A stretch of DNA of 46,378 bases from a virus. The stretch covers positions 1 through 46,378 of IMG/VR virus record IMGVR_UViG_3300018476_000004; one strand, 5' to 3'. Position numbers and translations under genes: made by a program. Below, one piece after another: positions 8,374-18,374 of this stretch. Under the pieces are notes generated by a model that saw nothing but the letters and a program-made list of their open reading frames with translations, was not told the origin of the DNA and made no database searches. Every line of letters begins with the position of its first letter. Within the stretch, counting starts at the first letter, position 1.

Positions 8374-9398
8374 TGCAAGTACGCTTTGAAAATCCGGCAG
8401 TACGCAACGCCGGCCAGCGTGTAAAACAAGTAGTGATATTCAGTCTCGGCGTTCGCGAGCGCGAGTGGGTTGGTATCGGGCACGTTGAGATCACGTCGGA
8501 TCGTACGCCCCGCGACGGTGAATCCGAGCGTGTATACGGTCGTCGTGCCGTCGTGCTTGACCGCGATCACGCCATTGCTGCCATCCACGCCGCCCGTCAA
8601 CGTGAGCACCGAGTTGGCTGCTAGCGCATTGGTCGCCGCGAACACTCGTGCGGTCGCGACATTGATCGACGCCGCGCCCGCCGCCCAAGTAAACCCCGCG
8701 ACCGCATCACCCGTCGCCGGCGGTGCACTCGCCGCGATCGTCACGTCGACCTCGTCACCCGCCGCGTCGTCGGCCGCGGTGATCGTCACGTTGGCACCCT
8801 CGAGCAAATTCAACCGCGACCGCGCACCGACGGCAACGCCCGCCTTGGCGATCGCAACCTTGGCGTTGACCGCGACCGTGATCGATCCCGACTCGGCATC
8901 GTCGGTGATAACGGTCGTCGTGTTCTGCGCATCCTGAAAATTGAGCGCGGGCCGCGAGCCAACCGGCACACCGTCATCCTTGATCACGAGGGCCGGCACG
9001 GGCTCGGGCTCACTACCGCCGCCGGTGCTCGCCGCACCCGCGACGAGCCACCATGTGCCCGCCGCGTCACACAACCACTCGCGATAGGTGCCGGGATCTT
9101 GTAAGCACTCGGCGAGTGTCCCGAGTTCGCCGTCGTCTGACTCGATCAGCATGCCCGCCGGCACGATCACCGCGACGTAAACGGTCGACTCGGGCACGGC
9201 GTCGATCACCTTGATCGCGATCCGCTTGCTCGCGACCTCGGCGATCGGGTGCGCTGCTAGCGTCAAGTCGATATCGGTCGCCGTGTTGCCGAGCACGCGA
9301 TACAACCCGCCGGGCTCGATCGTCGCGTCAGCGTCGAGCTCGACCGCCGCGACCGTGAGCTCGGTGGATGACTCAAACAACCCGTCGAGGAAACTCAT
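8370..9398 (-). CDS. Tail fibre protein with internal repeats
   Basis: Two related segments (VPVGSRPALNFQDAQNTTTVITDDAESGSITVAVNA / VAVGARSRLNLLEGANVTITAADDAAGDEVDVTIAA); position after the first fibre gene. Confidence 0.7.
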   Translation of the reverse strand: MSFLDGLFESSTELTVAAVELDADATIEPGGLYRVLGNTATDIDLTLAAHPIAEVASKRIAIKVIDAVPESTVYVAVIVPAGMLIESDDGELGTLAECLQDPGTYREWLCDAAGTWWLVAGAASTGGGSEPEPVPALVIKDDGVPVGSRPALNFQDAQNTTTVITDDAESGSITVAVNAKVAIAKAGVAVGARSRLNLLEGANVTITAADDAAGDEVDVTIAASAPPATGDAVAGFTWAAGAASINVATARVFAATNALAANSVLTLTGGVDGSNGVIAVKHDGTTTVYTLGFTVAGRTIRRDLNVPDTNPLALANAETEYHYLFYTLAGVAYCRIFKAYLQ

Positions 9399-9408
9399 AG
9401 TGTCACCG

Positions 9409-10452
9409 TCACCCTAGGTTGCGCGGGCCCGGGTCGGCCCAACTGAACACACAGATACGACCGATCTTGTCGTCGGCGTGCCCGCGTTTCCACATGACCG
9501 AGTATTCTTGATTACCGTCGATCACGTGCCCGTCGGTAGCCAGCTGAATGCCTTGCAAACCGACCGTTGCGGCACCGTTGGCCGATGCGACGGGATCGGC
9601 CGTCGGGAACACGCCGAACACAATGTCGCCTTTGTTGCGGCGCACGAGTGACAAGAAACTTTGCGCCGTGCTCGCTTGATCCACCACCGCTCGCACGAAA
9701 CCAATAGTCACGCCGCCCGGGATTTTCAACGGCCAGGCCGCACCGTCGGGCCCGACCTTATACGAGCCGTCGGCTTGCAAAAACGTTTCGCCCGACGCGC
9801 TCGCGAGTGGCACCGTCCAATCGGCCCGAGGTTTCGAGGGCACATACAAAAAATCGAGCGCGGCGCCGACGTTGCCGCCCGCGATGAAATCGCCGCCGCC
9901 GGCGAGGGGCCAATCGGCCCATGCAGTCGTTGTGCCCGCCGGAACATAGCTCACTGCATACTGGCCCGACCGACCGACCATCGCGGTGCTCGGGTAAGCG
10001 TTGTCGAGTTGTCGCCATTTTTGCGTGCCGACATGCCAACGCGCGTTATTCGCCAGCACGGCACCATACGGGCTTTGACCGACGAAAATGCCCGCCCATG
10101 CGGCGCCTTGTGTCGGGCATGCCAGCACGAGTTTCCATCGGTTGGATCCCGCCGGCGCGGGCGAAATATCGGTCGGGTCGTCGCCGGGCTTGGCCGTCGT
10201 TGTGACGAGCGGATCGTCAGACCACGCCAACTCAGTGTTGATAATTTGCGATTTCGTGAACGTGTTTTGCTGCGACTTACGCGCTGCGTCGGTGTCGAGC
10301 GGGTCGACCTTGTTTTTGAGATGCCGCGTGCGGTTGGCGAGGCGTTGCGCGACGAGCTCGACGTCACCGGCGGCGTCGTCACGCGAGTCGGTGCCCTCGG
10401 GCACGTGGATCGGCGAGGTGAAATCGTCGACGTCGACTAGATCTTTGCTCAT
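9409..10452 (-). CDS. Tail fibre protein
   Basis: ATGA overlap at start 10452. The N-terminal LANRTRHLKNKVD motif is typical of phage fibre N-termini (from memory). Confidence 0.7.
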   Translation of the reverse strand: MSKDLVDVDDFTSPIHVPEGTDSRDDAAGDVELVAQRLANRTRHLKNKVDPLDTDAARKSQQNTFTKSQIINTELAWSDDPLVTTTAKPGDDPTDISPAPAGSNRWKLVLACPTQGAAWAGIFVGQSPYGAVLANNARWHVGTQKWRQLDNAYPSTAMVGRSGQYAVSYVPAGTTTAWADWPLAGGGDFIAGGNVGAALDFLYVPSKPRADWTVPLASASGETFLQADGSYKVGPDGAAWPLKIPGGVTIGFVRAVVDQASTAQSFLSLVRRNKGDIVFGVFPTADPVASANGAATVGLQGIQLATDGHVIDGNQEYSVMWKRGHADDKIGRICVFSWADPGPRNLG

Positions 10453-11123
10453 GACGGATCGACCTCGATATACAACGGCGGTACGGTCGTGTTCCAAGTG
10501 CCGGATTCATTCCACGTGTGGCCTAACGGCCAATTCCAAAGCTCGACGCCGGCGTGCATAAGCACCACCCAGCCGAGCGGGTGCGCCGCGTTCCACTGGC
10601 GCGGCACGAGGCGGATATCCTCGATCTCGGCGTCACTCGGCGTCGTCGACCATTGGTCGGTGTGATAGAACAACCACCATCGGGCCCACTTGGCGGCGTT
10701 GGCGTCGGGCGACCATATGACGTCGTCACGCGTAACCGTGCCGTCGGGTGCCATACTGAAACGCCGGCCCGAGTAATACACGAGCTCGATCGGAAAGTTC
10801 GCGGGCGCGAAGTGCGCGTGCAGTTGCGCGAGGAGCGCGTAAGGCCCGCCGCGCAACCGATGGTCGGTAAACCATCGGCATAGTCGCACCGCGTAACTCG
10901 CGTCGGGCTCGGTGCGACCTCGACTGATCCGCCGCTCGCGCCCGAGCAACCCGAGCGACTCGAAACTGTACAAACCCGGAAACCGGTGCTTGATCCCGGC
11001 GACGAGCGCGTCGCCGAAAATGTCGACGTGCAAGCCGAGCACGTATAGAAACGCCTCGGCGGTGCCGCGCTGCAACCACGGCGGGCTACGCCGGCGGATC
11101 TCATCGCGATAGGTCTCGAGCAT
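10449..11123 (-). CDS. Baseplate protein, P2 gpI / Mu gp48-like by position
   Basis: Start ATG 11123 overlaps the upstream TAA by 1 nt (TAATG); follows the baseplate J-like gene. Confidence 0.6.
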   Translation of the reverse strand: MLETYRDEIRRRSPPWLQRGTAEAFLYVLGLHVDIFGDALVAGIKHRFPGLYSFESLGLLGRERRISRGRTEPDASYAVRLCRWFTDHRLRGGPYALLAQLHAHFAPANFPIELVYYSGRRFSMAPDGTVTRDDVIWSPDANAAKWARWWLFYHTDQWSTTPSDAEIEDIRLVPRQWNAAHPLGWVVLMHAGVELWNWPLGHTWNESGTWNTTVPPLYIEVDPS

Positions 11124-11323
11124 TACAGCCGCCCCAATAGCAGCGCGCCAAGCACGACGAGCACCGCGGCGATTAGCAGCGCCGCGCACCATATAAACAT
11201 GGTGCGCTCATGCGCGCGCACGGCGGCCTCGAGCGGGTCGTCACGCCGCGGTGTGACCGGCGCGGTCGGCGTCGGGCGGTCGTTAGCGTCGGGCGGCGGC
11301 GGGTCGACGGGCGGGTCGGTCAT
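11123..11323 (-). CDS. 66-aa Pro-rich protein with a single C-terminal TM helix, embedded in the baseplate operon
   Basis: ATGA overlap with the J-like stop and TAATG overlap with the next start; hydrophobic MFIWCAALLIAAVLVVLGALLLG. Confidence 0.55.
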   Translation of the reverse strand: MTDPPVDPPPPDANDRPTPTAPVTPRRDDPLEAAVRAHERTMFIWCAALLIAAVLVVLGALLLGRL

Positions 11324-12528
11324 GGCGCAAATCCCTCGGGCGGCGGCACTTGGTGTATTGCGATGGCCAGCGGTGCGCCCGATAGCGTCGGCACTTGCGT
11401 CGGCCCGACGTCGACGTCGCCCGGCGGCGCCGACACCGTCACGCGGAATATATGGGCCGGAAACGCCGACACGATCGTTGATCGGATCGTTTCTAGATAC
11501 ACCTTGCCGCCGCTCGGCGCCTCGGGATCGGTCTTGTTACCGGCGATCGGTTGTGACGACATGAAAGGCGTCAACCGCGCATTGATAGCAGCGATGATCT
11601 CAGCCTCGGTGCGGCCGATCGTGTTGTAAATCCAAACCTCGTATGTGATCGGCACGGGCAACGCGTCGGCCGACTCGAGCCATGCGGTCACGGCGAGCGG
11701 CGCCGCGTAGCGTTGGATCGCCTCGTTGGCGATCCCGAGGTCGGTCGCCGGGTCGTCGACGTCACCGGGCACCTCGCCCGACGGCGTCGCGACGTATGTA
11801 ACAACGTTGCCGTAACCATCCTTGACCATGCGAAACCGGTTGATCCCGAGTGACGTGCCGTCGGGCCGCGTCGCGTTGCGCACCGCCGAGGCGTATGCGT
11901 CCCAAGGACCAAACGGGCTCAACGCGCCGAGTTTTTCGGAACACCTCGCACGCAACGCGGGATCGGTTTCCGCGTCGCGCCCGACGACCGCCGCGGGGTT
12001 GGTACATGTCACGCCTAACAACGTCGTCGTAAGCTCGGTGATCTCGCCCGCGCTCGACGTGCTCGCCGAGCCCGCCTCGGTGGCGATGATCGCAACGGTG
12101 ACGACGGTCGCCGGGCCCGGCGGGATCGTGACCGCCTCGAGATTGCGATACGTGCGCCCGGTCGTCGGGTTTAGGAACACGAGATCCTCGGGATCAAGTG
12201 TGTACTCGCCGCCGGCGGTGTTGGTGACGTCGACAAACCCAGTAGCAAACGTCGCATCGATCCGATCCACGCCGTACACATAGTGCGCGACGATCGTAAG
12301 CCACTCTTTTTCGGCGAGCTCGAGGAAACCCGACGCGGTCGTCAACGCCATTAGCTGCGAAAACCCCGCGAGCACGACCGACACGCCAACGACGATCGCA
12401 CGCTCGGGTGCGCCCGGTTTCCATGACGTCGTGTTCACGCCGACGATCGCGAGCGCACTATAAATCGATGCTTGCACCTCTTGCCGGGTGACGGGTTTGA
12501 CGAGCTCGGCGAGCGTGAAAATCGGCAT
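11320..12528 (-). CDS. Baseplate J-like protein (P2 gpJ / Mu gp47 family)
   Basis: Size, position and overall pattern (from memory); ATG 12528 lies 4 nt after the upstream stop. Confidence 0.75.
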   Translation of the reverse strand: MPIFTLAELVKPVTRQEVQASIYSALAIVGVNTTSWKPGAPERAIVVGVSVVLAGFSQLMALTTASGFLELAEKEWLTIVAHYVYGVDRIDATFATGFVDVTNTAGGEYTLDPEDLVFLNPTTGRTYRNLEAVTIPPGPATVVTVAIIATEAGSASTSSAGEITELTTTLLGVTCTNPAAVVGRDAETDPALRARCSEKLGALSPFGPWDAYASAVRNATRPDGTSLGINRFRMVKDGYGNVVTYVATPSGEVPGDVDDPATDLGIANEAIQRYAAPLAVTAWLESADALPVPITYEVWIYNTIGRTEAEIIAAINARLTPFMSSQPIAGNKTDPEAPSGGKVYLETIRSTIVSAFPAHIFRVTVSAPPGDVDVGPTQVPTLSGAPLAIAIHQVPPPEGFAP

Positions 12529-12532
12529 GTGT

Positions 12533-13075
12533 TTAGCCCGCCTCGGTGGCGTCGCCGCCGCCCGCGCCGCCGCCAACGATCGCGATCGTCTCGAGCAACA
12601 CGCCCGCGTTGGTGACGGAAAACGTAAACGTGAATGGTACGAGCGTAGCGTCGGCGGGCGTGATCATCGCTGCGAGCGCGAGCGTATCGAGCATGCGCGC
12701 CGTGCGCGTCGTCGTGAGTGTCACGTCGATCGCATCCACACGATCGTCCTTGCTCGCCTCGGCCTCGAGCGCGAGTGCGAGCGTGCGTAGTTCCGCCGAC
12801 GACACGCCTCGGTTGCAATACGCCCGTAAGTCATAGCCGTAATTCGGATCGTCGATCAGCGCACCGCGCGGCGTAGTCCAGCGTCGGATCGTCGCCTCGA
12901 CGATCCCCTCGGGCGAGTTGGGATCCGTTTCGGCCCAATCCGGCGTGACGTCGGTCACGCACGATAGTTCAGTGCCAAACCCGAGCGGCGCGAGTGTCGG
13001 CTCGACCTCGCGGGCTAGCGTCGCGAGATCAGCCATGACCGCGGCGTCGACGATCGTATTGCTTAGCAACGTCAT
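12533..13075 (-). CDS. Baseplate wedge protein (gpW / Mu gp46-like by position)
   Basis: ATGA overlap at the start; located directly upstream of the J-like gene. Confidence 0.5.
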   Translation of the reverse strand: MTLLSNTIVDAAVMADLATLAREVEPTLAPLGFGTELSCVTDVTPDWAETDPNSPEGIVEATIRRWTTPRGALIDDPNYGYDLRAYCNRGVSSAELRTLALALEAEASKDDRVDAIDVTLTTTRTARMLDTLALAAMITPADATLVPFTFTFSVTNAGVLLETIAIVGGGAGGGDATEAG

Positions 13076-13572
13076 AAAAACACCTCGTCGGCGGCCGCCC
13101 AATCGGCGGGTGACGTCGTCACGAGGATCAACGCGTTGGCGTGCCCAGGCGCACCGGGCAGTGACGCGTTGACCGCGGCCTGTAGCTCGGCGCCGAGCGA
13201 GCCCGAGGGCCCGTCGTATACGTACACCGCCAAAGAGCCCGCCGGGATCGTGAGATCCGCGGCCGCGGTGAGCGTGCCTAATTGGGCGGATAGCTCGGCG
13301 AGTTGCGCGGTGATCGCGCCGATTTCGAGCGTGACCGTCGGGCCGCCGATCGCGGCTTGCAGTTGCGTGACGGTTTGGATCGCCGCGTCGAACGTGCCCG
13401 CGAGGTCGGGCGGCGCGACGGTGAGCGCACCAAGGATCCCGTTGAGCCCGGCGATCTTGGCCGAGATCTCGGGTATGGCAATACCGGTCGAGGCGTCGAT
13501 CCCTGCCTTGAACGTGAGCAACAGCGGCACGATATCCGCAAACGACAACACGCCGACGGTCGCGATCGTCAT
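13072..13572 (-). CDS. Hypothetical baseplate-module protein
   Basis: ATGA overlaps at both ends; the longer ORF-track N-terminus is Arg-rich and rejected. Confidence 0.5.
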   Translation of the reverse strand: MTIATVGVLSFADIVPLLLTFKAGIDASTGIAIPEISAKIAGLNGILGALTVAPPDLAGTFDAAIQTVTQLQAAIGGPTVTLEIGAITAQLAELSAQLGTLTAAADLTIPAGSLAVYVYDGPSGSLGAELQAAVNASLPGAPGHANALILVTTSPADWAAADEVFL

Positions 13573-14798
13573 AGTTTTACCCAAGGCGACCCGCTCGAGA
13601 TCGCGCCAAACAACGGCTTGGCGAGCGGCCCGACGTCGGCCGGGCTCGAGGAAAACGAGATCAAGTAGGGTGTGCCCGGGGTGAGTGGCCCGGGCACGGG
13701 CGCGAGCGGCGTAAGCACGCACGTGCACCCGGCACCGCCGGATTGCACGAGGTCACCTTGACGGGCGGCACGTTGCTCCGACCCACAAAACGCCAGCGAC
13801 ACCGGCACGAATCCCGGGCCGGCGACGCCAGCAAAGTGCGTGACGATCGGCATGGTCGGGTCACCCTCGATAAACTCGACGAGCACCTCGGCACCCGGCG
13901 CGAGCTCGGCGGCCGCACCCGCGACGCCGGGCCACACTTGAACCGGTCGGAGGTCGGGCAAGCCCGCGCCCGCGCGCACCGCTTGCAAGTCGACCCGCCC
14001 GTCGTCGCGCATGGCGACGACGCGGTAGCGATACTTGCCCCACAGATCACCGTCGGTCGCGCGACGAGCGATCGCGCTCAAAAGCCCGGCGAGCCGACCG
14101 CGGTCGGGGCCGCCGCCGCCGCACCATGCGACGACGCGTGACGCCTTGGCGTCGATATGCAGCTCGTACTCGCGGATCGTTTGCGGCGACGCGAGCGGCG
14201 GTTGTGCGATCACCGTGCCGATACGCACGCGACCGGGCTCGTCGACCGCAATCGTCAACGAGCGCTGGCGCGGGTCGTACGCAAGCACGTCATACCCGTC
14301 GATCGGGCCCGCCGCCGGTCGCGGCCCGACGCACGTGCGGCCCGCGTAGTCGATCCACCATGGCACACCGTCGCCGATCACGTGTTCGAGCACGCGCGAT
14401 GCCGGGCCCGCTTGACGCACGTAGTCGACGCCGATCCGGTCGGCGGCGGGCATGAATTCGCCGAGCGTTTCGCCCACCTCACGCGCGAGATCCTCGGCGA
14501 CGAGCCGTGCCTTGACGCCGGCGTCGTTGTGATACGACTTGCGCGTTACGCCGCGTGCCCAACCGCCCGCACCCGCGATCACCCGGCACTTGCGCTGCTC
14601 GAGGTGCACGCCAGTCATGACTGATGTGACCGTGCCGACCAGCGTAAGTGATCGACCGACGCGGATCTCGACGTGGCCCGATACCGTCGGGTCGGATTCG
14701 AAGTCCAGATCCGCGATCCATGGCCCGACGTTCGCCACATCCACACGTAGCGCGATGAGTCGGTGCCCGTTGCATGTAGCGGCCGCGTCGTCGGTCAT
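13569..14798 (-). CDS. Baseplate hub / central spike protein (gpV / Mu gp45-like OB domain in the C-terminal half)
   Basis: YRYRVVAMRDDGRVDLQAV...EVLVEFIEGDPTMPIV resembles the gpV spike domain (from memory); position after the TMP. Confidence 0.6.
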   Translation of the reverse strand: MTDDAAATCNGHRLIALRVDVANVGPWIADLDFESDPTVSGHVEIRVGRSLTLVGTVTSVMTGVHLEQRKCRVIAGAGGWARGVTRKSYHNDAGVKARLVAEDLAREVGETLGEFMPAADRIGVDYVRQAGPASRVLEHVIGDGVPWWIDYAGRTCVGPRPAAGPIDGYDVLAYDPRQRSLTIAVDEPGRVRIGTVIAQPPLASPQTIREYELHIDAKASRVVAWCGGGGPDRGRLAGLLSAIARRATDGDLWGKYRYRVVAMRDDGRVDLQAVRAGAGLPDLRPVQVWPGVAGAAAELAPGAEVLVEFIEGDPTMPIVTHFAGVAGPGFVPVSLAFCGSEQRAARQGDLVQSGGAGCTCVLTPLAPVPGPLTPGTPYLISFSSSPADVGPLAKPLFGAISSGSPWVKL

Positions 14799-15328
14799 GG
14801 TGCCGCGAGCTCGTCGTTTTTCTGTTTAGCTTCTTGCCGCCGCGCCTCTATCTCGAGCTCGACGGGATCCTCGGGTTGGGCTTGGCTGCCCTCGGCCTTA
14901 GACACGCCGCTATGTTTAAGCCGGCGGTACTCGATCACCTTGAGCTCGACGATCCACTCACCGGTGTCACCCGACGGTTGGGGCGCGAGCACGTTTTCGA
15001 CGACGATCGCCGTGATCCCGATTTGCTTAAGTAGCGGGTGCACGATATCGAGCGCACGCGGCCGCTTGGCAAACGGCGGTTTCGCAACGATCGGCGCAAA
15101 CGCATTCCAGTCGGCCCAATCCTGCTCGGTGAGCAACGTGAATTTGATCCCGAAGTGCGACGGTTTCACGCCGCGAAACACGACGACCGCACCGCTAAAC
15201 CCGGGGCCGACGCGTTCCTCCCAATTGCGCGGCGAGTCGGGCGCGACGAGCTCGCCGAGCCCGGGCGTGAGCCGACCGCCGATCAGAAACCGGTCGACGG
15301 ACTCGGCAAGCGGATTCCATTGCGTCAT
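14795..15328 (-). CDS. Hypothetical tail protein
   Basis: ATGA-type overlaps with the TMP and the hub gene. Confidence 0.55.
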   Translation of the reverse strand: MTQWNPLAESVDRFLIGGRLTPGLGELVAPDSPRNWEERVGPGFSGAVVVFRGVKPSHFGIKFTLLTEQDWADWNAFAPIVAKPPFAKRPRALDIVHPLLKQIGITAIVVENVLAPQPSGDTGEWIVELKVIEYRRLKHSGVSKAEGSQAQPEDPVELEIEARRQEAKQKNDELAAP

Positions 15329-17172
15329 GTCGCGCCCTCGGGCTCGGGTGCGCCGAGTTGCGCGGCGACCGACTGCAGGATCGACTCGAGCTCGCGCTTG
15401 AAATCGAGGGCCATCGCGCGGGGCTCGTTGGTCGAGGCGTGCACGTGCACCTCACCGATCGACACCGTCACCGCGCGGGTGCCCGCGGCCGCGCCCGTCG
15501 GGCTCGGTGCGGGTGCGCGCGTGCCCGCGGCGGGTGCGAGCTTGGGCGTCGGCGCCATCGCCTTGGTGGCGGCCTCGGCCTCGGGCGCGGCCGACTCGAC
15601 GCCGGCGGCGACGCCCCGCGGGATCTCAACGCCGGCCCGCGCAAACGCTTTGCTAGGTGACGTGATCCCAAGCACCGACTTGAACGACGCGAGCGCGGCG
15701 TCGGCGAGTTCGCTCACCGCCTCACCAATGACCGCGTAGCCCGCCTTGAGCGGCTTCACGATCCCGTCAATGATCGCGATCCCGAGCTCGGCCCACTCGT
15801 ACGCCAAAAACGCGCGCGCGAAATCAAACACAACGATCCCAAGATCAATGAACGGCTTGGCCATCAGATAGCCCGCCGCGACCATCGCTCCCATGCTCAC
15901 GGCCATCAACCCGAGCACGCCGACGACAGTGTATAGCGTCGCTTTGCCGAGCTTGAGCCCGATATTCATGGTGTCGATCCCGGCGAACAACTTGACGTCG
16001 CCGAACGTGCGTTTGAACCATAGGCGCAAGTCGAGGATCGCGATTTCGACGTTGAGCGCACCGAGGATGATCCCCTGAAAAAACCGCTTCATGATCGGCG
16101 CGGCGGTCGTCGACGTGTCGATCAGCGGTTGCAAAATGTGCTCGACGAGCTGTTTTAGAGCGCGCCCGCTCGCGGTGTTTTGCGACATGAGCTCGTTGAC
16201 CGAGCGCCATGCCGCCAAAAACTTTTCCATGCCGAGATCGGCGAACAGTAACCCGTACGATTCCTTGAGTTTCTCGGCTTGCACCGCCGACGAATTGAGT
16301 TGTTTGTCGGCGATGCCACCGAGGTCGTTGCGCACGCGGTCGGCGAGTTTCTTGACCGACCCGCCGGCGAGTGCGACCGACGCCGCCCAACCCGACCATG
16401 CCGACGCGGCCTCGTCGCCTTGCACCGACGCCTTGATCGCCACACCACCGAGCGCGTCGGTGAGGTTTTGCCCGCGTAGCCCCATGCGATACAGCGACTC
16501 TGAGTATTTCGCGATCTTGTCGCGGCCGAGTGCGCTCGACGCCGATACTTGATCGATCGCCGACTGCATTTGCTTGGCGTTGCCCGGCACTTGCGAAAAC
16601 AGCATGCGCATTTTCGTGAGGCCCTCGAGCCGTAACAGCTCGTCGCGGGCGGCCTCGGCTTGCGCGGTGCCGTATTTGTAGAGCGCAGCCGTCGCGACAC
16701 CAAGCCCGACAACGAGGGCCGCGAGTCCGGCAACGATCGCCGCGATCCCGAGCGTCATGGCACCGCCGCCGATCAGCGCGCTCAGCTTACTAAAACTCGA
16801 CACGGCGCCGCCGATCGGCCCGGGCATGCCCGACATTTGCGACGACAACGCCGCGAGACGCGACTCGAGCCCGCGGCCGCTCGATCCGGTTTTGCCAAAC
16901 GTGCCGCCGAGCGACACAAAGCTACCTTGCGCACTCGCGATCGAGGCTTTTTTGAGATCGATTTGTTCCTTGAGCTTACGAAACTGCGCCACGTTGACGA
17001 CCGTGCCGCCTTGCAGGTTTCGCATCGCTTTTTGCATGTCGGCGAGCGCTCGCGAGTCGGAGTCGATCTGTGTGCGTAGCTTTTCTAGCGCACCGGCAGC
17101 CGACTCGGCCGACTTGGACATATCGTCCTCGAGCTCGAGCTCAAACGTCGCCTTTTGTTTCGCCTCGGCCAT
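15325..17172 (-). CDS. Tail tape measure protein
   Basis: 615 aa, N-terminal coiled-coil-like region, central hydrophobic segments, position after the G/GT chaperones. Confidence 0.8.
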   Translation of the reverse strand: MAEAKQKATFELELEDDMSKSAESAAGALEKLRTQIDSDSRALADMQKAMRNLQGGTVVNVAQFRKLKEQIDLKKASIASAQGSFVSLGGTFGKTGSSGRGLESRLAALSSQMSGMPGPIGGAVSSFSKLSALIGGGAMTLGIAAIVAGLAALVVGLGVATAALYKYGTAQAEAARDELLRLEGLTKMRMLFSQVPGNAKQMQSAIDQVSASSALGRDKIAKYSESLYRMGLRGQNLTDALGGVAIKASVQGDEAASAWSGWAASVALAGGSVKKLADRVRNDLGGIADKQLNSSAVQAEKLKESYGLLFADLGMEKFLAAWRSVNELMSQNTASGRALKQLVEHILQPLIDTSTTAAPIMKRFFQGIILGALNVEIAILDLRLWFKRTFGDVKLFAGIDTMNIGLKLGKATLYTVVGVLGLMAVSMGAMVAAGYLMAKPFIDLGIVVFDFARAFLAYEWAELGIAIIDGIVKPLKAGYAVIGEAVSELADAALASFKSVLGITSPSKAFARAGVEIPRGVAAGVESAAPEAEAATKAMAPTPKLAPAAGTRAPAPSPTGAAAGTRAVTVSIGEVHVHASTNEPRAMALDFKRELESILQSVAAQLGAPEPEGAT

Positions 17173-17181
17173 GGGTTCAGT

Positions 17182-17882
17182 TCAACGCGGTATCAGTGCT
17201 TTGATCAGTGACACTATGTCGTGACGCAACCCCTTGATCTCGGCGAGTGCCTCGGCTTCTATGCACGCGCCCGCATAGGCGCGGGCAAGGTTTCCGTTGT
17301 CGTCGTCGTCGTCACTAAACCGGTAACCCCGCGCTGCAAGCAAACACTCGGCGACGACTCCGATTTTGTGCTTTGCCTCGGCTCGTAGCGCTTCTATTTT
17401 TCCTGCAGCTCGTCGTTGCGATGGCCCGCGAGTTTCGTAAGCGCGCCCGCGAGGCGCACCCATAGCGCGGGGTACTCGTCGAGGATCCGCTCAAATTCGG
17501 CGCGGCTCGGATACACGACGCACGGTTTGACGAGCCGTTCCGCCTCGTCGGTCGTTGCTTTGGACGCATCCATAAACCGCCGGTATGCAGCGTTACCCGA
17601 CCGTTTCAGGATGATCGACCCGAGTGGCGTTTCGACCGCCCGGATCTTGTTCCGCCCGTATTGTGCCTCGGCCGCCGCGAGTGCCTCGGCGTCGGCAAGT
17701 GCCCGCTCCTCGCGCTCGAGGGCGTCGCTCGTCTCACGCTCGACCTCGGCGCGAGCTCGGGCGTCGTCGATCGCGGCGCGCTTGGCCCGCACCTCGGCGA
17801 GCTTACGCGCCGTTGAGTCGTCGGCGGTCGGTATGCCCGTAGCCATCATATCGCCGCCGTTACCGTTGGTCGTCATGCTCAC
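17182..17882 (-). CDS. Tail assembly chaperone frameshift product (gpGT-like), -1 shift near 17397..17401
   Basis: ORF 17182..17463 is in the -1 frame relative to 17394..17882 and overlaps its 3' end. A run of five A (minus strand) lies immediately before the G stop. Confidence 0.55.
17394..17403 (-). other. Candidate -1 programmed frameshift site (minus strand G-GAA-AAA-TAG)
   Basis: Lys-tRNA on AAA can re-pair on AAA one nt back; the shifted frame continues ATA GAA GCG ... for 72 more codons. Confidence 0.45.
17394..17882 (-). CDS. Tail assembly chaperone (gpG-like)
   Basis: Position between tube and TMP; ends cag-gaa-aaa-TAG with an overlapping -1 frame ORF. Confidence 0.7.
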   Translation of the reverse strand: MSMTTNGNGGDMMATGIPTADDSTARKLAEVRAKRAAIDDARARAEVERETSDALEREERALADAEALAAAEAQYGRNKIRAVETPLGSIILKRSGNAAYRRFMDASKATTDEAERLVKPCVVYPSRAEFERILDEYPALWVRLAGALTKLAGHRNDELQEK

Positions 17883-18358
17883 AACCCGCCTTGCCGCGCG
17901 TCAAACAATACCAACCCGTTGCGGCGCACCCACATAGGGCTGATCTCGAGCTCTTCTTTTAGATTGTCCGGCGACTCGTCGTGAGAGGCGGTGATGCCAA
18001 CGACGACACACCGCTCGATCACGACCGTGATCGACGACTCCTCGGGCTCGACGAATTGCGTCACGATCTGAAACTCGACGTCGCCGTAGCTTTTTTGGTC
18101 GGCCGCCTTGGCGGCGAGGACCGCGATGAATAGCTGTACCGAGTTTTTCCAACCCGTGAGCTTGACGGGCTCGGGCGTGTACTTGCCGTGCGACCGCCCG
18201 CGCGGGGCATGGTGTCGGCCCATGCCATAGGAATACGATCGCTCGCGCTTATCGCCGTACGCGATCCCGGTGAAACCCGTCCACACCTCGTCATATGCCT
18301 TGCAAATGATCGAGGCCCAAGAGTGCTGATTACCGTTGATCAAATAGGCGTCAGACAT
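17879..18358 (-). CDS. Tail tube protein
   Basis: 159 aa, immediately downstream of the sheath gene. Confidence 0.6.
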   Translation of the reverse strand: MSDAYLINGNQHSWASIICKAYDEVWTGFTGIAYGDKRERSYSYGMGRHHAPRGRSHGKYTPEPVKLTGWKNSVQLFIAVLAAKAADQKSYGDVEFQIVTQFVEPEESSITVVIERCVVVGITASHDESPDNLKEELEISPMWVRRNGLVLFDARQGGL

Positions 18359-18374
18359 GGTGACCTCCCGACCG

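Noticed and set aside
7540-10452. Diversity-generating retroelement acting on the tail fibre genes
   Set aside because: No reverse transcriptase ORF exists anywhere in the genome, and I saw no template/variable repeat pair near the fibre 3' ends.
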